DNA from: Pelagomonas calceolata
Lineage: Eukaryota
Direction of reading: 5' to 3'
Assembly: GCA_918797485.1 (NCBI GenBank)
Contig: CAKKNE010000001.1
Coordinates: 3,038,001 to 3,102,000 of the forward strand
Length of the DNA stretch: 64,000 bases
The position numbers were made by a program, and so were the translations under genes. Position 1 is the first letter of the stretch. Every line of letters starts with the position of its first letter. The notes beneath the pieces are model-generated. The model did no database searches. It saw only the letters and a list, made by a program, of their open reading frames with translations, and was not told the origin of the DNA. Positions 12,754 through 24,300 of the stretch are shown here, piece by piece.

Positions 12754-12975
12754 ATGAGGAAAATTTACGGGGAGGTGCTCTGTCGAGCTGACGGCGCCAC
12801 GCTCGACGATCTCCGCGAGGCTGTGACGACGCTCGAGGACACTCTACGGCTCGCGCGGCGCGTGTTGGGCGGCGCGCACCCGATTACAGGACTGATAGAC
12901 AAAGAATTGCGAAACGCGCGAGCCGCGCTCCGCGCCCGCGAAGCCGGGAAGAGAGTGGTCTTCGAATACAAATAA
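12754..12975 (+). pseudogene. C-terminal fragment of a MYND/RING/TPR-family paralog
   Basis: ATLDDLREAVTTLEDTLRLARRVLGGAHP aligns with the C-terminus of the gene at 15598-16767. No upstream domains are present. Confidence 0.6.
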
Positions 12976-13091
12976 CTATTTCACGTGCATCCACTATGTA
13001 GAGGGATGAGAGGGGTAGTGGTAGGCTCTCTGGCCTTTATTATCAGCAACAACTTACCCCGCGCGGGAGAAGGCATGCCGCGCGCGCCCGC

Positions 13092-13466
13092 TTACATGTC
13101 GTTCTTCTTCTGGATCCACGCCGCGACGTGGAGGCCCCACGAGACGGGCACGCAGAGCGAGCCCGCGATGTAGAAGGGGTTCACGGTGGCGGCCGTCAGC
13201 GGCGCGCCGAGCTGCGACGCCGAGACGCAGTACAGGCCGACGAGGAGGAAGATGCCCGACATCGGGCCGAGGAGGCCCGACGGCGCGTTCGCGAGGTTGC
13301 CCAAAACATACGAGGGCGGCGCCTCGCCCTCCCAGTACGTGTCCTCCATGACCATGGCGGCGCGCGTCGGCCGGCGCGCGGCGACGCGGCGCGCGGGGAG
13401 CGGCGCCCGCTTCGACACGAACGCCGCAGCGCCCGTGAGCAGCGCGAGGAGCGCGAACCGGGCCAT
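13092..13466 (-). CDS. psaR: Nucleus-encoded plastid membrane protein, probable photosystem I subunit PsaR (Psa28)
   Basis: Signal peptide with an AAA-F (ASAFAP-like) cleavage site and an Arg-rich transit peptide. Mature motifs WEGEAPPS..LG and NPFYIAGSL.VP.SWGLHVAAWIQK resemble red-lineage PsaR as I recall it. Confidence 0.65.
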   Translation of the reverse strand: MARFALLALLTGAAAFVSKRAPLPARRVAARRPTRAAMVMEDTYWEGEAPPSYVLGNLANAPSGLLGPMSGIFLLVGLYCVSASQLGAPLTAATVNPFYIAGSLCVPVSWGLHVAAWIQKKNDM

Positions 13467-13840
13467 CGTGCTGCGACCTGCGTAAACGAGGGGTTCGGTT
13501 CGGCGGCCGGTCCGGTCTCCTTTCTTGGTCAGAGGTGTGCGTGACGTGTGTGTAGTGCGCCATCGGTGCGAAGCCGTCGGGGCGGACGGCCAGCGCGCGG
13601 CGTGCGGCGGCTGGACCAGGCTACGTCCGCCTCGTGCCGAATTCTCGAGGTATGAGATTTGGAGAGCGCTTCGGATAGCTAGCGATGCCTCCAGCGGTCC
13701 ACGGCGTGCGGCGGCATCGCTGAGGAATACAGAAGCTTTTGGGCGGCCGCGCGTCCGTGGAAGGAGCGCTTTGCGCGCACGAGCAGCTGGTACCCCATCT
13801 CAGCCGGAACGCAGCCGTTTCGCAAAAAAATTGGTGCGTA

Positions 13841-13880
13841 CGTCCACCCAGGCACGAGAACGTCCACCCAGGCACGAGAA
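13841..13880 (+). repeat. Perfect 20-nt tandem duplication (cgtccacccaggcacgagaa x2) upstream of the PsaR-like gene
   Basis: Read directly from the sequence. Confidence 0.9.
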
Positions 13881-14145
13881 CTCGACGAATATCGACGCAG
13901 CGTGCGAGCAAATGAGCAAAAACCGGAGCTTGAGCAGAGCCAGGAAAACCTACTAGCTTGATCGTGCGGGTCGCGAAATGGCCTCCGGTCTACGACTCGT
14001 CTCAACGCCCCAACAGCCTCCCGAATATCCTTCCCAGTACATCCCACACTCGCTCCCGCCCCGAAGAAGCGCCGCGCAGCCCCTCGTCGTGCGCCGCGGG
14101 CCAGAGTCCATCGAGATGTCCATCGGCTACGACACAACACCCAAC

Positions 14146-15429
14146 TTACGCATTCGGATCGACGGGGTGCGGCCCCGGCGGCGCGTCGTCGCCCCTGCAC
14201 ATACTCCGCCGGTCGGGATGCGTCTTACAGAGGCGGAACTGCTGCCGCAGGAAGTTCCCCTCGCCGGCGACGAGCGCGAAGGAGTCGCGGACCGTCTCCT
14301 CCTTTCCAGACGTAGGATCCGCGATCTGAAACAACTCCACGCTGGAATGCCCCCCGTGCTTCCAGTGCGACCGGTGCTTCACGCACTGACTCCTATCAAA
14401 ACAGCACGACGCCTTTGTTACATCTGTGATGCGGTGCACTTTTTTCGGCGCGTTTCTCCCAAATTCCTGCATGGCCTTCGTGCCCGCCGCCACACCTAGT
14501 ACTCTTCCATTGCCCCAATCGAACGGCTCGGGACCCATGTCCACTCTCCTTGGAACTGGAGATATGCGATGCGGCAGAACATGGTTCGGCACTTCCGACG
14601 ACGCGATATGTAACAAACGATTGACATCTCGCACGTGTAAGATCTGGTCCGACTCCGTGTAAAAGACGTACTCGAACCGAGACCATTTTGGGTTATTCAA
14701 CATCGCCTGCTGGGCCGTGTGCACGGTCGCGAAGCCTAGCCGAGAAGGTTTCGGCAAAGTGTAGTAGTGCAAGACGTCGTAGAAGCCCAGGTCATTTTGT
14801 GGATCAGTTACGTACTCATAATCCGGTTTCGTGGCGACACACACGGTATAATGAGGGAACGTAGGTTTCAAGGATTCTACCGTCTTCCTCAGGTAGATGC
14901 GACGACTCGCGAGCGCGGAGTGGCCGCTGTCGCCGCCTTTTGTGGCGTAATAGGGCATGATCACGACCACTCTGTCCGATGACGTGCCCGAAGGATTCAC
15001 TTGAGACGTGCGGTGGAAGGTCTGCGTCTTGATGCGAGCTAAGGATCTATCTCTGAGTAACGAAGCGTCCTTGAACAGTCGACGCTCGTACCAGGACAGG
15101 TGTTCTACAAAAAAGTCGAATAAGTCCACAGTCTTCAACAATCTGTTTCTTTTGAACATGTAGTTCGACGCGCCCTCCATATTTCCGACGCCCTTGTGCA
15201 ATCTGGTCTCCGGCACGAGGTGCTTGAGAAATACACTTTTCTTACATAAAAATGCTGCCGAATACGCTTCGCCGGCCTCCGGGCACTGGTACGTCCCCGC
15301 GAAACTGTGGTCGCCGTCCTCGTCGGTGGCGTTGAGGTGGCGCCGCCGGTCCCTCACGAAGGCCGCGACGTCGGCGCCATGGGGCCTCGCATAGAGTGGT
15401 GCGGCGAGCAGCAGCACGGCCGCCCGCAT
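14146..15429 (-). CDS. Secreted or endomembrane protein of unknown function, possibly glycosyltransferase-like
   Basis: Long ORF; signal peptide MRAAVLLLAAPLYA; YVFYTESDQIL motif. Confidence 0.65.
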   Translation of the reverse strand: MRAAVLLLAAPLYARPHGADVAAFVRDRRRHLNATDEDGDHSFAGTYQCPEAGEAYSAAFLCKKSVFLKHLVPETRLHKGVGNMEGASNYMFKRNRLLKTVDLFDFFVEHLSWYERRLFKDASLLRDRSLARIKTQTFHRTSQVNPSGTSSDRVVVIMPYYATKGGDSGHSALASRRIYLRKTVESLKPTFPHYTVCVATKPDYEYVTDPQNDLGFYDVLHYYTLPKPSRLGFATVHTAQQAMLNNPKWSRFEYVFYTESDQILHVRDVNRLLHIASSEVPNHVLPHRISPVPRRVDMGPEPFDWGNGRVLGVAAGTKAMQEFGRNAPKKVHRITDVTKASCCFDRSQCVKHRSHWKHGGHSSVELFQIADPTSGKEETVRDSFALVAGEGNFLRQQFRLCKTHPDRRSMCRGDDAPPGPHPVDPNA

Positions 15430-15597
15430 CGCTGCCCGCTGGCTGCAGCAGTCGCTCTCGATGCTAGCGAGGCAGCCCACACGCCGGGCCGAGCCCTATC
15501 GCGCCTCGATCGCGTCGAGCAAAAATTGCGGCCTCGAGGCTCGACCCGCACGAAGCCGGTCGATTTGCAAGCCGAAGTAGACATATGGACCGTCTTA

Positions 15598-16767
15598 TTA
15601 CGCACCCCCCGCCGTCATCGCGCCCACCCCCTCACGGATGGACTCGACGGCGCCGCTTTCGCGGGCGTAGAGCGCGCCTCGCGCCTCTTGCAGATTTCGT
15701 TCAATCGTCCGTACAAGAGGGTGCGCGCCACCGAGCACGCGCCGCGTGGTCCGTTCTATATCCTCGAGCGTCGTCGTGGCCTCGCGGAGATCGCCGCGCG
15801 TGGCGGCCGGGTCATCGTAGAGCGCCGTCGCGTACATCGCCCTCATCTTGAGCGTCTGGTTACTTTCTCCGAGAACGCGTCGCGCCACGGGTATCGTTTT
15901 CCGCATCAGAGACTTGGCTTCTTCGAAGCGCTTTAGGCAAAGAAGGGAATTCGCGTAGTTGTGGGCCGCTAGGAGGGTTTGTTCATGTTCCTCGCCGTTG
16001 AGCTTCACATATCCAGAAAATACATCTCCCATCAACCGCAGTGCCTGTTCGTTCCGTCCGAGCTTTTGATGCGAGTTCGCAATGTTGCGCCGCATGGCAA
16101 GGATTGTCTCTTCTAGCCCGCCAAAGCGCCGCAGCCTAGCCAACTCGGCCTCTCTCACGGACAACGCGTCCTCGTGAAGATTTACATTGGATAGACCGCT
16201 ACCAAGCAGCGCCATCGCAGCTCCCGGAATCCAGTGCCCCTCCGGCCGTCCGACGTACGTCTTCCAGCACGCCCACCCGAGCGCGCACGCCACGGTGCCA
16301 TGGTAATCTTGATTGCACAGGCTGCATTTGTGCCACCGCGTCCATCTTTCATTCATCGCCTTGTCGCCCAAATTATTCTCCTCGGCCTCCGCGAACAAAA
16401 TCTTCGCCTGCTCCGCCAGGCACGACACGTGCGCGAAGCCCGCCGTCCCGCGGCAAGCGCACCCTCGCACGAGGCCCTCCTTCGTCTTCCAGTGGAGGGC
16501 TTGCGTGCAGATGTAGCACGTCTGGCCCTTCGTGTCCTCCGCGCACGCCGCCGCGACTGCTACGGCCTCCGTGTACTTCTTATTCGCATTATACTGCTCG
16601 GCACCGCCTCCTTTTTTAATCAGTCTACACAGCTTGTCGTGCCCGCCCTCTTTCCAGTGCTGCACCTGGCAGGCTGCCCCGCAGTAGCGCGTGCTGCAGC
16701 GGCCGCATTTCTTGCCCAAAGTTAGGCCAAGGTCGACAGCGCAAAATGAGCATTGCGTGAGGAGCAT
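15598..16767 (-). CDS. MYND zinc finger + RING-CH-like + TPR-like repeat protein
   Basis: CSFC..CGRC..YCGAACQVQHW...H..LC (MYND); CYIC..CACRG..AHVSC..C..C (RINGv); helical LGxxHP repeats. Confidence 0.85.
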   Translation of the reverse strand: MLLTQCSFCAVDLGLTLGKKCGRCSTRYCGAACQVQHWKEGGHDKLCRLIKKGGGAEQYNANKKYTEAVAVAAACAEDTKGQTCYICTQALHWKTKEGLVRGCACRGTAGFAHVSCLAEQAKILFAEAEENNLGDKAMNERWTRWHKCSLCNQDYHGTVACALGWACWKTYVGRPEGHWIPGAAMALLGSGLSNVNLHEDALSVREAELARLRRFGGLEETILAMRRNIANSHQKLGRNEQALRLMGDVFSGYVKLNGEEHEQTLLAAHNYANSLLCLKRFEEAKSLMRKTIPVARRVLGESNQTLKMRAMYATALYDDPAATRGDLREATTTLEDIERTTRRVLGGAHPLVRTIERNLQEARGALYARESGAVESIREGVGAMTAGGA

Positions 16768-17351
16768 CGTGTTACAGTAATTGGGCTGCCCGCGTAATGT
16801 GGAACTCGTGAGCAAGAGAGCTCCCAGCTAGCGGCTGTGAGGCACTAGCCCAGGCCCAGCGGCAACCGCAGGGCCTCGGCCGGCCCTGGAGGGCTCGTGG
16901 GCCCCGAGCAGGACGAAAATTTTACGGCGCGTGGCCATCCTAGTGGGATTCCTAGTACCCTTTTTAACAGCGGCCGGCCATATCACCTCCGGTCTACCCC
17001 AGCGCCGCATCGCAAACAGCCCCGCAAACGCAGCGCGCGCGCACACAGCCCCCGTACCACCCAATAAAGCCCCCGGGGCAGCCCCGCGGCAATCCGATTG
17101 CGCGCGGCGGAGCACCGAGCCTCGGCAGCCCTGAGAAAAAACTGCCTGCCGGTCGAAAAAAATACCCGCCCGCATGCGCCCCGACCACCCGGAAGGGCCC
17201 TGGGTCGCCCCCGTCCCGAGCCCCGCGCAAGGAGAGCCCCCGACGCGCGCCTGAAGGGACTTCCGCCTCACCGCCGCCCATCGCAGGTCCGGCTCACCCC
17301 CGGTCCCTCCTCGCACAACCTCTTTCACCAACCACCTCAAAAGCAACAACC

Positions 17352-18713
17352 ATGCGCGAGTGCGTCTGCCTTCACATCGGCCAGGCCGGCCTCCAGGGCG
17401 GTAACGCCTGCTGGGAGCTCTTCTGCCTCGAGCACGGCATCCAGCCCGACGGCCAGATGCCCTCGGACAAGACCGTCGGCGGCGGCGACGACGCCTTCAA
17501 CACGTTCTTCTCGGAGACGGGCGCCGGCAAGCACGTCCCGCGCGCGGTCTACGTCGACCTCGAGCCGTCGGTCTGCGACGAGATCCGCACGGGCACGTAC
17601 CGCCAGCTCTTCCACCCCGAGCAGATCATCTCGGGCAAGGAGGACGCGGCCAACAACTACGCGCGCGGCCACTACACGATCGGCAAGGAGATCGTCGACC
17701 TCGTCCTCGACCGCATCCGCAAGCTCGCGGACAACTGCACGGGCCTCCAGGGCTTCCTCTGCTTCCACGCCACGGGCGGCGGCACGGGCTCCGGCCTCGG
17801 CTCGCTCGTCCTCGAGCGCCTCTCGGTCGACTACGGCCGCAAGTCCAAGCTCTCGTTCTGCATCTCGCCGGCGCCGCAGATCTCCAACGCCGTCGTCGAG
17901 CCCTACAACTCCGTGCTCTCGACGCACGCGCTCCTCGAGCACACGGACGTGACGTTCGCCCTCGACAACGAGGCCCTCTACGACGTCTGCCGCCGCAACC
18001 TCGACATCGAGCGCCCGACGTACACGAACCTCAACCGCCTCTTCGCCCAGGTGGCCTCGTCGCTCACGGCGTCGCTCCGCTTCGACGGCGCGCTCAACGT
18101 GGACATCACGGAGTTCCAGACGAACCTCGTGCCGTACCCGCGCATCCACTTCATGCTCACGTCGTACGCGCCGGTCATCTCGGCCGAGAAGGCGTACCAC
18201 GAGCAGCTCTCCGTCGCCGAGATCACGAACTCGGTCTTCGAGCCGGCCGGCATGATGACCAAGTGCGACCCGCGCCACGGCAAGTACATGGCGTGCTGCC
18301 TCATGTACCGCGGCGACGTCGTCCCCAAGGACGTCAACTCCTCGGTCGCCACGATCAAGACCAAGCGCACGATCCAGTTCGTCGACTGGTGCCCGACGGG
18401 CTTCAAGTGCGGCATCAACTACCAGCCGCCCACCGTCGTCCCCGGCGGCGACCTCGCCCGCGTCATGCGCGCGGTCTGCATGGTCGCCAACACGACGGCC
18501 GTCGGCGAGGCGCTCTCGCGCATCGACCACAAGTTCGACCTCATGTACGCCAAGCGCGCCTTCGTCCACTGGTACGTCGGCGAGGGCATGGAGGAGGGCG
18601 AGTTCTCCGAGGCCCGCGAGGACCTCGCGGCCCTCGAGAAGGACTTCGAGGAGGTCGGCGCCGAGACCGCCGAGGGCGAGGGCGAGGAGGAGGACTTCGG
18701 CGAGGAGTACTAG
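17352..18713 (+). CDS. TUBA: Alpha-tubulin, intronless
   Basis: MREC start, GGGTGSG motif, K40 context PSDKT and C-terminal EEY. Very strong C/G-ending codon bias. Confidence 0.98.
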   Translation: MRECVCLHIGQAGLQGGNACWELFCLEHGIQPDGQMPSDKTVGGGDDAFNTFFSETGAGKHVPRAVYVDLEPSVCDEIRTGTYRQLFHPEQIISGKEDAANNYARGHYTIGKEIVDLVLDRIRKLADNCTGLQGFLCFHATGGGTGSGLGSLVLERLSVDYGRKSKLSFCISPAPQISNAVVEPYNSVLSTHALLEHTDVTFALDNEALYDVCRRNLDIERPTYTNLNRLFAQVASSLTASLRFDGALNVDITEFQTNLVPYPRIHFMLTSYAPVISAEKAYHEQLSVAEITNSVFEPAGMMTKCDPRHGKYMACCLMYRGDVVPKDVNSSVATIKTKRTIQFVDWCPTGFKCGINYQPPTVVPGGDLARVMRAVCMVANTTAVGEALSRIDHKFDLMYAKRAFVHWYVGEGMEEGEFSEAREDLAALEKDFEEVGAETAEGEGEEEDFGEEY

Positions 18714-18866
18714 GTCCGCCCGCGCGCCGCACGGTCGATGGGCACCCGTCCGTCCCGTGCGTGTATTTTCGTTCGCACCCGCATCGCACCCGCAAAAGAT
18801 CGCTACTCGCCGCTCCGTTGAAGACGCTTCGTTGTGTAAACCGATTAGTAATTACAAAACAGGACA

Positions 18867-20093
18867 TTAACCGTCGACGACCGCCCCCTCCACGACCGCC
18901 CCCGCGACCGGCACCGACGCCCCCTCCGTCGTGTAGTAGATCAGCGAGAACCGCTCTCCATCGTAGGGCGTGACCCAGTGCGGGAAGCGCCCGTCGACCT
19001 TGGCGAAGCCGAAGCGCGTGTCGACGTGCGTGACCTCCCTTACTCCACTCTCGACGGCGATGCGGCCGCCGCCCGTAAACTCGCCGAGGGCCAGCGCGTA
19101 GAAGGGTGCCACATTCTCCGTGTCGATGTGCGGGCTGCCCCTAAAGTTGCCCGTGACTGCTAGGGAGGTGAACGTCGCCGCGTAACTTGCGTCGGCCTCG
19201 GTCAACGCTTGGACGGCTAGATCCCAGAGCTTTTGATGTTTCTGGCGCTTCTGCGTCGCGAGCTTGGCTTTCGTGGATTCGGCGTTATACGAACCGTCGG
19301 CGGCGCGAAAAATTGTATTTGGCGCGTGAAAGGTGATGTATAATTCTGCGTCGACGCGCGGGCGCTCGCGTCGACTCCCGGGCGTGCTGTTCACTAATTC
19401 TTGGGTCCGTCGGATCTCCGCGAGCAGTGCGGACGCCGTGGCCGCGGATACTTGCCGGACGGGCCGCACCCTCCGAATGCGTCTTTGATCGAAGAGCCCC
19501 TCGCGTAAGTAAGCCGTAAGTAATAACGCCATGATCACGCTCCGCGGCGCCTCCGGGTCCGTCTGGACGGAAAACTCGTCCGACAATCTTCTACGTAATT
19601 GCGGCGTCGACCAGGGCTGGAGCTGGGCCTCGAGCGTTTCGGCGTCGCGCGTCGCCGCGCAGTCGACCGTGCCGGCCGGTGGGAGCGGCGCCCGGCGCGG
19701 CGAGACGAGCACCTTTGTTTCAGTTGTGCATCGCGCGGAGATCTCCTCCCTGACAACGTCTCCTGTCAGCTTGGTGTTGAACCGCAGGTCGAGCAACGCG
19801 AGCGGCGCTTGAATTTTCTCCGGCAGGCCGGTGCGCCGTAAGTGATTCGAATATAATAATAATTCCTTGAGTCGGGGCAACGCGGCGACGGCGTGCGGCA
19901 GCACTCGCACTTTATTCCTCGACGCGTCGAGGCGCTCCAAGTTGAGGAGCGCGCTGCACGGCGCGAGATCTGTGATCCGGTTGCGCGTGAGATTGAGAAC
20001 TAGTAGAGTTGTGGGCAGAGGTGGCAGGGCGGTGAGCGACCGGGACTGGAGGTCGAGTGCGTCGTCTTGCTGCTGCAGCTCTTGTGCAGCCAT
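18867..20093 (-). CDS. Leucine-rich repeat protein with a C-terminal 2OG-Fe(II) oxygenase-like domain
   Basis: N-terminal LxxLxLxxN repeats; HxD (PHIDTEN), GG, DGRFPHWV and RFSLIYY at the C-terminus. Confidence 0.75.
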   Translation of the reverse strand: MAAQELQQQDDALDLQSRSLTALPPLPTTLLVLNLTRNRITDLAPCSALLNLERLDASRNKVRVLPHAVAALPRLKELLLYSNHLRRTGLPEKIQAPLALLDLRFNTKLTGDVVREEISARCTTETKVLVSPRRAPLPPAGTVDCAATRDAETLEAQLQPWSTPQLRRRLSDEFSVQTDPEAPRSVIMALLLTAYLREGLFDQRRIRRVRPVRQVSAATASALLAEIRRTQELVNSTPGSRRERPRVDAELYITFHAPNTIFRAADGSYNAESTKAKLATQKRQKHQKLWDLAVQALTEADASYAATFTSLAVTGNFRGSPHIDTENVAPFYALALGEFTGGGRIAVESGVREVTHVDTRFGFAKVDGRFPHWVTPYDGERFSLIYYTTEGASVPVAGAVVEGAVVDG

Positions 20094-20411
20094 ACTAGTG
20101 CGGTCCGATGGCCCCCAGAGTTACTGCATTGATGCCGGTACGTATGAAACGCGTCCAACGTGTCTTTTACGCAGCAATTATGGGCCGCAAACTCCCGCTC
20201 GTCGACTTTGGCTGGATTCCTAGTGTGTTACAGACTGCTAGGTCAGTTTTTGGGCGCACAAGTGTGGATCTCTGCTTGCACGCGCCGGCCGCGTGATTGC
20301 TGCAGAGCATCCTAGAGCTATTCGCAGCCAGCTGCATTCGTGCAGAGAATTACGGCCGCGTGTGAGCCACAGAGCAAGAGAGCGCCCACAGCCGCCCCGC
20401 AGCCATGCTGC

Positions 20412-21311
20412 ATGCATCGTCGTGCGATGATTCCTGACGAAATAGCGGATGCTGCGTTCGACGGTGATAAGGACACAGTGGTAGAGTGGCTGGACGAGCA
20501 CCCGGAGCGTGTAAACGACACCGACAACGCCGGAGCGTCGTTCCTCTTACTATGCGTTGATAATGGAATAAAGCGAGAAGAACAGCTTGAACTGGTCTGC
20601 TACCTCTTGAGTCGAGGGGCGGATCCAAATCAAATGTGCCTCCTAATTGACACCGAAGACGAAGAATTCAACGTGGAAGGATATATGACTCCGTTTTATG
20701 CCATTTGTTCCGCAAGCAATTCTCCTCTCGTCCAGCACGCTGTCGCTTCTTTTCTTAGCGCCGGCGCCGACCCAAACTTGAGGCTCAGGCTGGCCGACTC
20801 AACCCCTGAGCCCAACACAAGCCCTCTCATGGGAGCGATTCGCAGCTTCGTTGCATCGCATGGCGGGACATCATGGCAGCTTCCCGTCGTCGTGCGCTTG
20901 CTGAGGGCCGGCGCATCGCTAGACAGCAGCTTTGAGGGGGAGCTGTCGGTTGACGAGTGGATTGCAGCTGAGCAACGGCAACGTCCCGAGGTGATCGAGG
21001 ATCAAGTGCAATTTCAAGCTGTAATTACCTTGATCCGAGGCGTCCGCGCCGCGGGCTCGTGGAAAAAATACTGCCGGGCACGGGCCCCGCACCGCGAGAT
21101 ACTGGCGCTACGGAGCCTCGCGATGCGGGGCTACATCACCCCGTATCAAAGGCGTCGCACGCGAGGCGCTGAGCACAAGATAGCAATCGCCTTCGTCGCG
21201 CGCCTCGGCGACAACGGGATCGTCTGGAACATCCTGTCCTTCTGGCGCGACCCCGACGATATTGAAGACATAACCCTAGGAAACGGGGATGTGGTAAGAG
21301 TGTATTCATAA
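20412..21311 (+). CDS. Ankyrin-repeat protein (start may be 20427)
   Basis: Repeated LLSRGADPN / FLSAGADPN / LLRAGA motifs. Confidence 0.8.
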   Translation: MHRRAMIPDEIADAAFDGDKDTVVEWLDEHPERVNDTDNAGASFLLLCVDNGIKREEQLELVCYLLSRGADPNQMCLLIDTEDEEFNVEGYMTPFYAICSASNSPLVQHAVASFLSAGADPNLRLRLADSTPEPNTSPLMGAIRSFVASHGGTSWQLPVVVRLLRAGASLDSSFEGELSVDEWIAAEQRQRPEVIEDQVQFQAVITLIRGVRAAGSWKKYCRARAPHREILALRSLAMRGYITPYQRRRTRGAEHKIAIAFVARLGDNGIVWNILSFWRDPDDIEDITLGNGDVVRVYS

Positions 21312-21321
21312 AACAGCACAT

Positions 21322-24300
21322 TTAGTCATCGTCCGAATCCGACTCCTCCTCGCGCTGCCTTCTGGGATCGTAATCCCCGATCTTGAACTTCCTACATAAC
21401 TTGTCCGCTTCGCGCGCCATCTTCGTCATCTCGCCGGGGTTGTACTCCTTCTGCGCATCAAACCCAATCATCTGGAAGACGTCCTCCTCCGTCTCCGGGA
21501 GGACCTCGCCGTCCTCGAAGTTCGTCCCAAACACTTTGTTCTCCCTCATTTCACCGCGCGCCATGGCTTGATAATGTTTCACGGGCACGGGCGGCACGTA
21601 GGTCTTCGGGTTGAACACGATGCGCCGGCGCATGCGACATCGTTCCAGCGCCTCGGCCTGCGCGTCGTCGCGCCGCTTCTTTCTTTCTTCCTCGTCATCT
21701 ACTTCGGCCGTCTCCGCGTCGATCCTCAGAACGGCCAAGGCGTCCTCGGCCTTGATGAACCTCGTTTGATCCGGCTCCCACCTTAAATCATCGGAATCGT
21801 CGCTGTCCGACGAACTCTCTTCGACTTTTTTCTCCTCTTCGTCACTCAGGTCGTCGGTCTCGCGCGTGTGGACCGTGATGGACGTACCCTTCGTGAACTT
21901 CGTGGACTCGTCATCGCTGAGTTGCGTGGCCACCGTCTGTTCGTCCTCTGTAGAACTTTCGGCGGAGGACCAGCCCTCTTCCTCGTCGTCACTCAGTCCT
22001 CCGGTGACCATCGTCCTCGTCTCGTCTTCGCTGTCGGAGTACTCCTCCAAGCCTTCTTTCAACTCCATCCTCTTCGCCTCGGCCTGCTCGTCCTTGATCC
22101 TTAGCCAAGTTCGTTCATCTTCAATGACTAGTCGCTCCGGAAACTTTTCGGCCATGCCTGGTGGTAGTAATGACTCGACATTCGGCTCGTCCCAGACCGT
22201 AACGCCCGTCTCCCTATGGACCCAGTACGGCTCGTCGCTCCACTCGTCGACGAACTTGTCGTACTTGTCCACCGTCCATTGAGCTAGTTCGAGCGCAGCG
22301 ACGCAGTCCGCCGCCCACTTCAGTTCATCTCTTTGAGCACAGAAGACGTCCTTCGCTCGTCTCTTGGCCTCTCTACGAGCCCATTTCCGCCACCCTCGGA
22401 ACACCTCGAGGGCGCCCATGCCGGACCAAGCGCCGCTAATCTTCCGCATCGCCGCGTGCTCCTTCCTAACCTCGGCTTCCGCTTTTTTGAGTTGTTTATC
22501 GATGTAGCGCGTGTGCAGGTCATGACTAAGCTCTTGGGCGAGCTCGGCCTCCGCCAACAGATTAGTGCTAGCAGGTTCAAAAAGTTTCATAATTCCCACA
22601 GCCTTGTGCCATTCTTTTGAGTCGCGATTCTTTTGCGCGGCCTTGATGGCGCGTTGCCTCGCTCGTTCATTATAACGAATATCGCGATCCTCAGGCATAT
22701 TTTTCAGAGTTGTGAGCACTTCCTTGATCTGCCTTTTTATGGTTTCTTGCGCGTAGCCTTCCGTGGTAGATTCCTTCGGCTCCAAATCATCTTTGAGACG
22801 TTTATACAGCTCGGCTTCGGCCTTGCCTCGTCGCGCCCGTAGCTTTTTATCTTTATCATCAAATCGCTTCTCGATCCTCGCTAATTTCGCCTTGAGCTTG
22901 TTGTCATAGTTCTCGTTGAATTCAATCCTTCTACGTTCGTCCATCTCGATGGCCGCCCGCTTCACAGCTCTTTTCCTAAACCTCTGGATGCCTTCCTCGG
23001 AGTGACAAAACGCCGTCGCGGCGACGCGCGCATTTTCCACCGCTTGTTGAATAGCGGCTTCTTCGCGTTTACGCTCGTCCATCATACGCTTTTCTCGTTG
23101 GAGGATCACCCTGCACTTGAATAGATCAGCCCGCCTTTTACACATCCAGCCCGGCTTGGGTGGAACACAGACTTTTTTATTGCCGTCCGCATCCACACAC
23201 CGACACCTTTTAAACATGCAGACCTGGTCCTTCATATACACTTTACCTTCCGCATCTTTATAATCTTCTAGGACTTTCTGCACCTCGCTCCTCGAAAACG
23301 GCATCGCCGTGACCCGATGCTTGTCGACGCGCTTCTCGGCCCAGGCATCTCTCAAACCAGGCAGCATCTCGTCCCAGAACTTGTCCCAGACGACCTGGAA
23401 CCAGACGGCACCGCTTCGCTCCACGCCGGCCTCGAAGTAGCCCTGGTGCGCGATCGACGGTCTCACCTCACCACACTGCTCCATGAAGTCCTGCATGGTG
23501 GCCACGACGCGATGCTTCCTCGCAAACAACGCTTGTTTTTGTCTTTTCCTAAACCAGTTCCTCACGGCCTCGGCGCCTTGTAATAGTGTATCAGGTGTGG
23601 GATACTTCATCCCCGGGTTCGCGTCCATCCGCAATTCCACCAATGAAGTAAGCATATAAAAGTTCCAGGGTAACGCCGCCATGGGCGCATTATGATCGAG
23701 CCATAAAGATTTCAAGCGAGGTAGGCGCGATATCGACTCGGGGAGCTCTTCAATAATATTTGCACATAATTTAACTGTGGTGAGACTTCGAGAGTCGCCG
23801 AAATTGGAAGGTAGGAAGGAGATCCTGTTGTCGTTCGCTGATAACGCAGTGAGGTTGATCATGTTCGCGAGGCACCGAGGCAGCGCCACCAACTTGTTGT
23901 GGTTGAAGCTTAAAGTGTGGCACGTCATCCTCGACAGAGTTTCTGGTATTCGTCGAAGATCGTTGCAGTCCGCCACGACCCGCTCTAACCTTGTGAGATT
24001 ACCGAACGTGAGTGGCAGCGTTTGCAGTCGATTCGTAGCTATATCTAAATGCCTCAAGTGCGACAAGTCACCGAGTCGGTCCGGTAATTCCGTAAGTTGA
24101 TTCCTCAACAGATTCAGGGCGCTCAGCTTCGCGAGGTCGCAGATGCTGTCGGGTAGTTCCGTCAGTCGATTCGACGCTAGCGTGAGCTGTGTTAATTGTG
24201 TGAGCTCCTTCCCAGCTCTCTCAGGAAACCTATCGAGTCCATGCGCCACGAATCGCAACGCTTTTAACGGTCTCCCATAATTCTCGTGGAAGTCGTAGAT

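Noticed and set aside
17337..18569. 410-aa antisense ORF over alpha-tubulin, and many similar long shadow ORFs (e.g. 43499-45319, 60309-61337)
   Set aside because: These are by-products of extreme GC3 bias, and their translations are low-complexity Arg/Ala/Pro.
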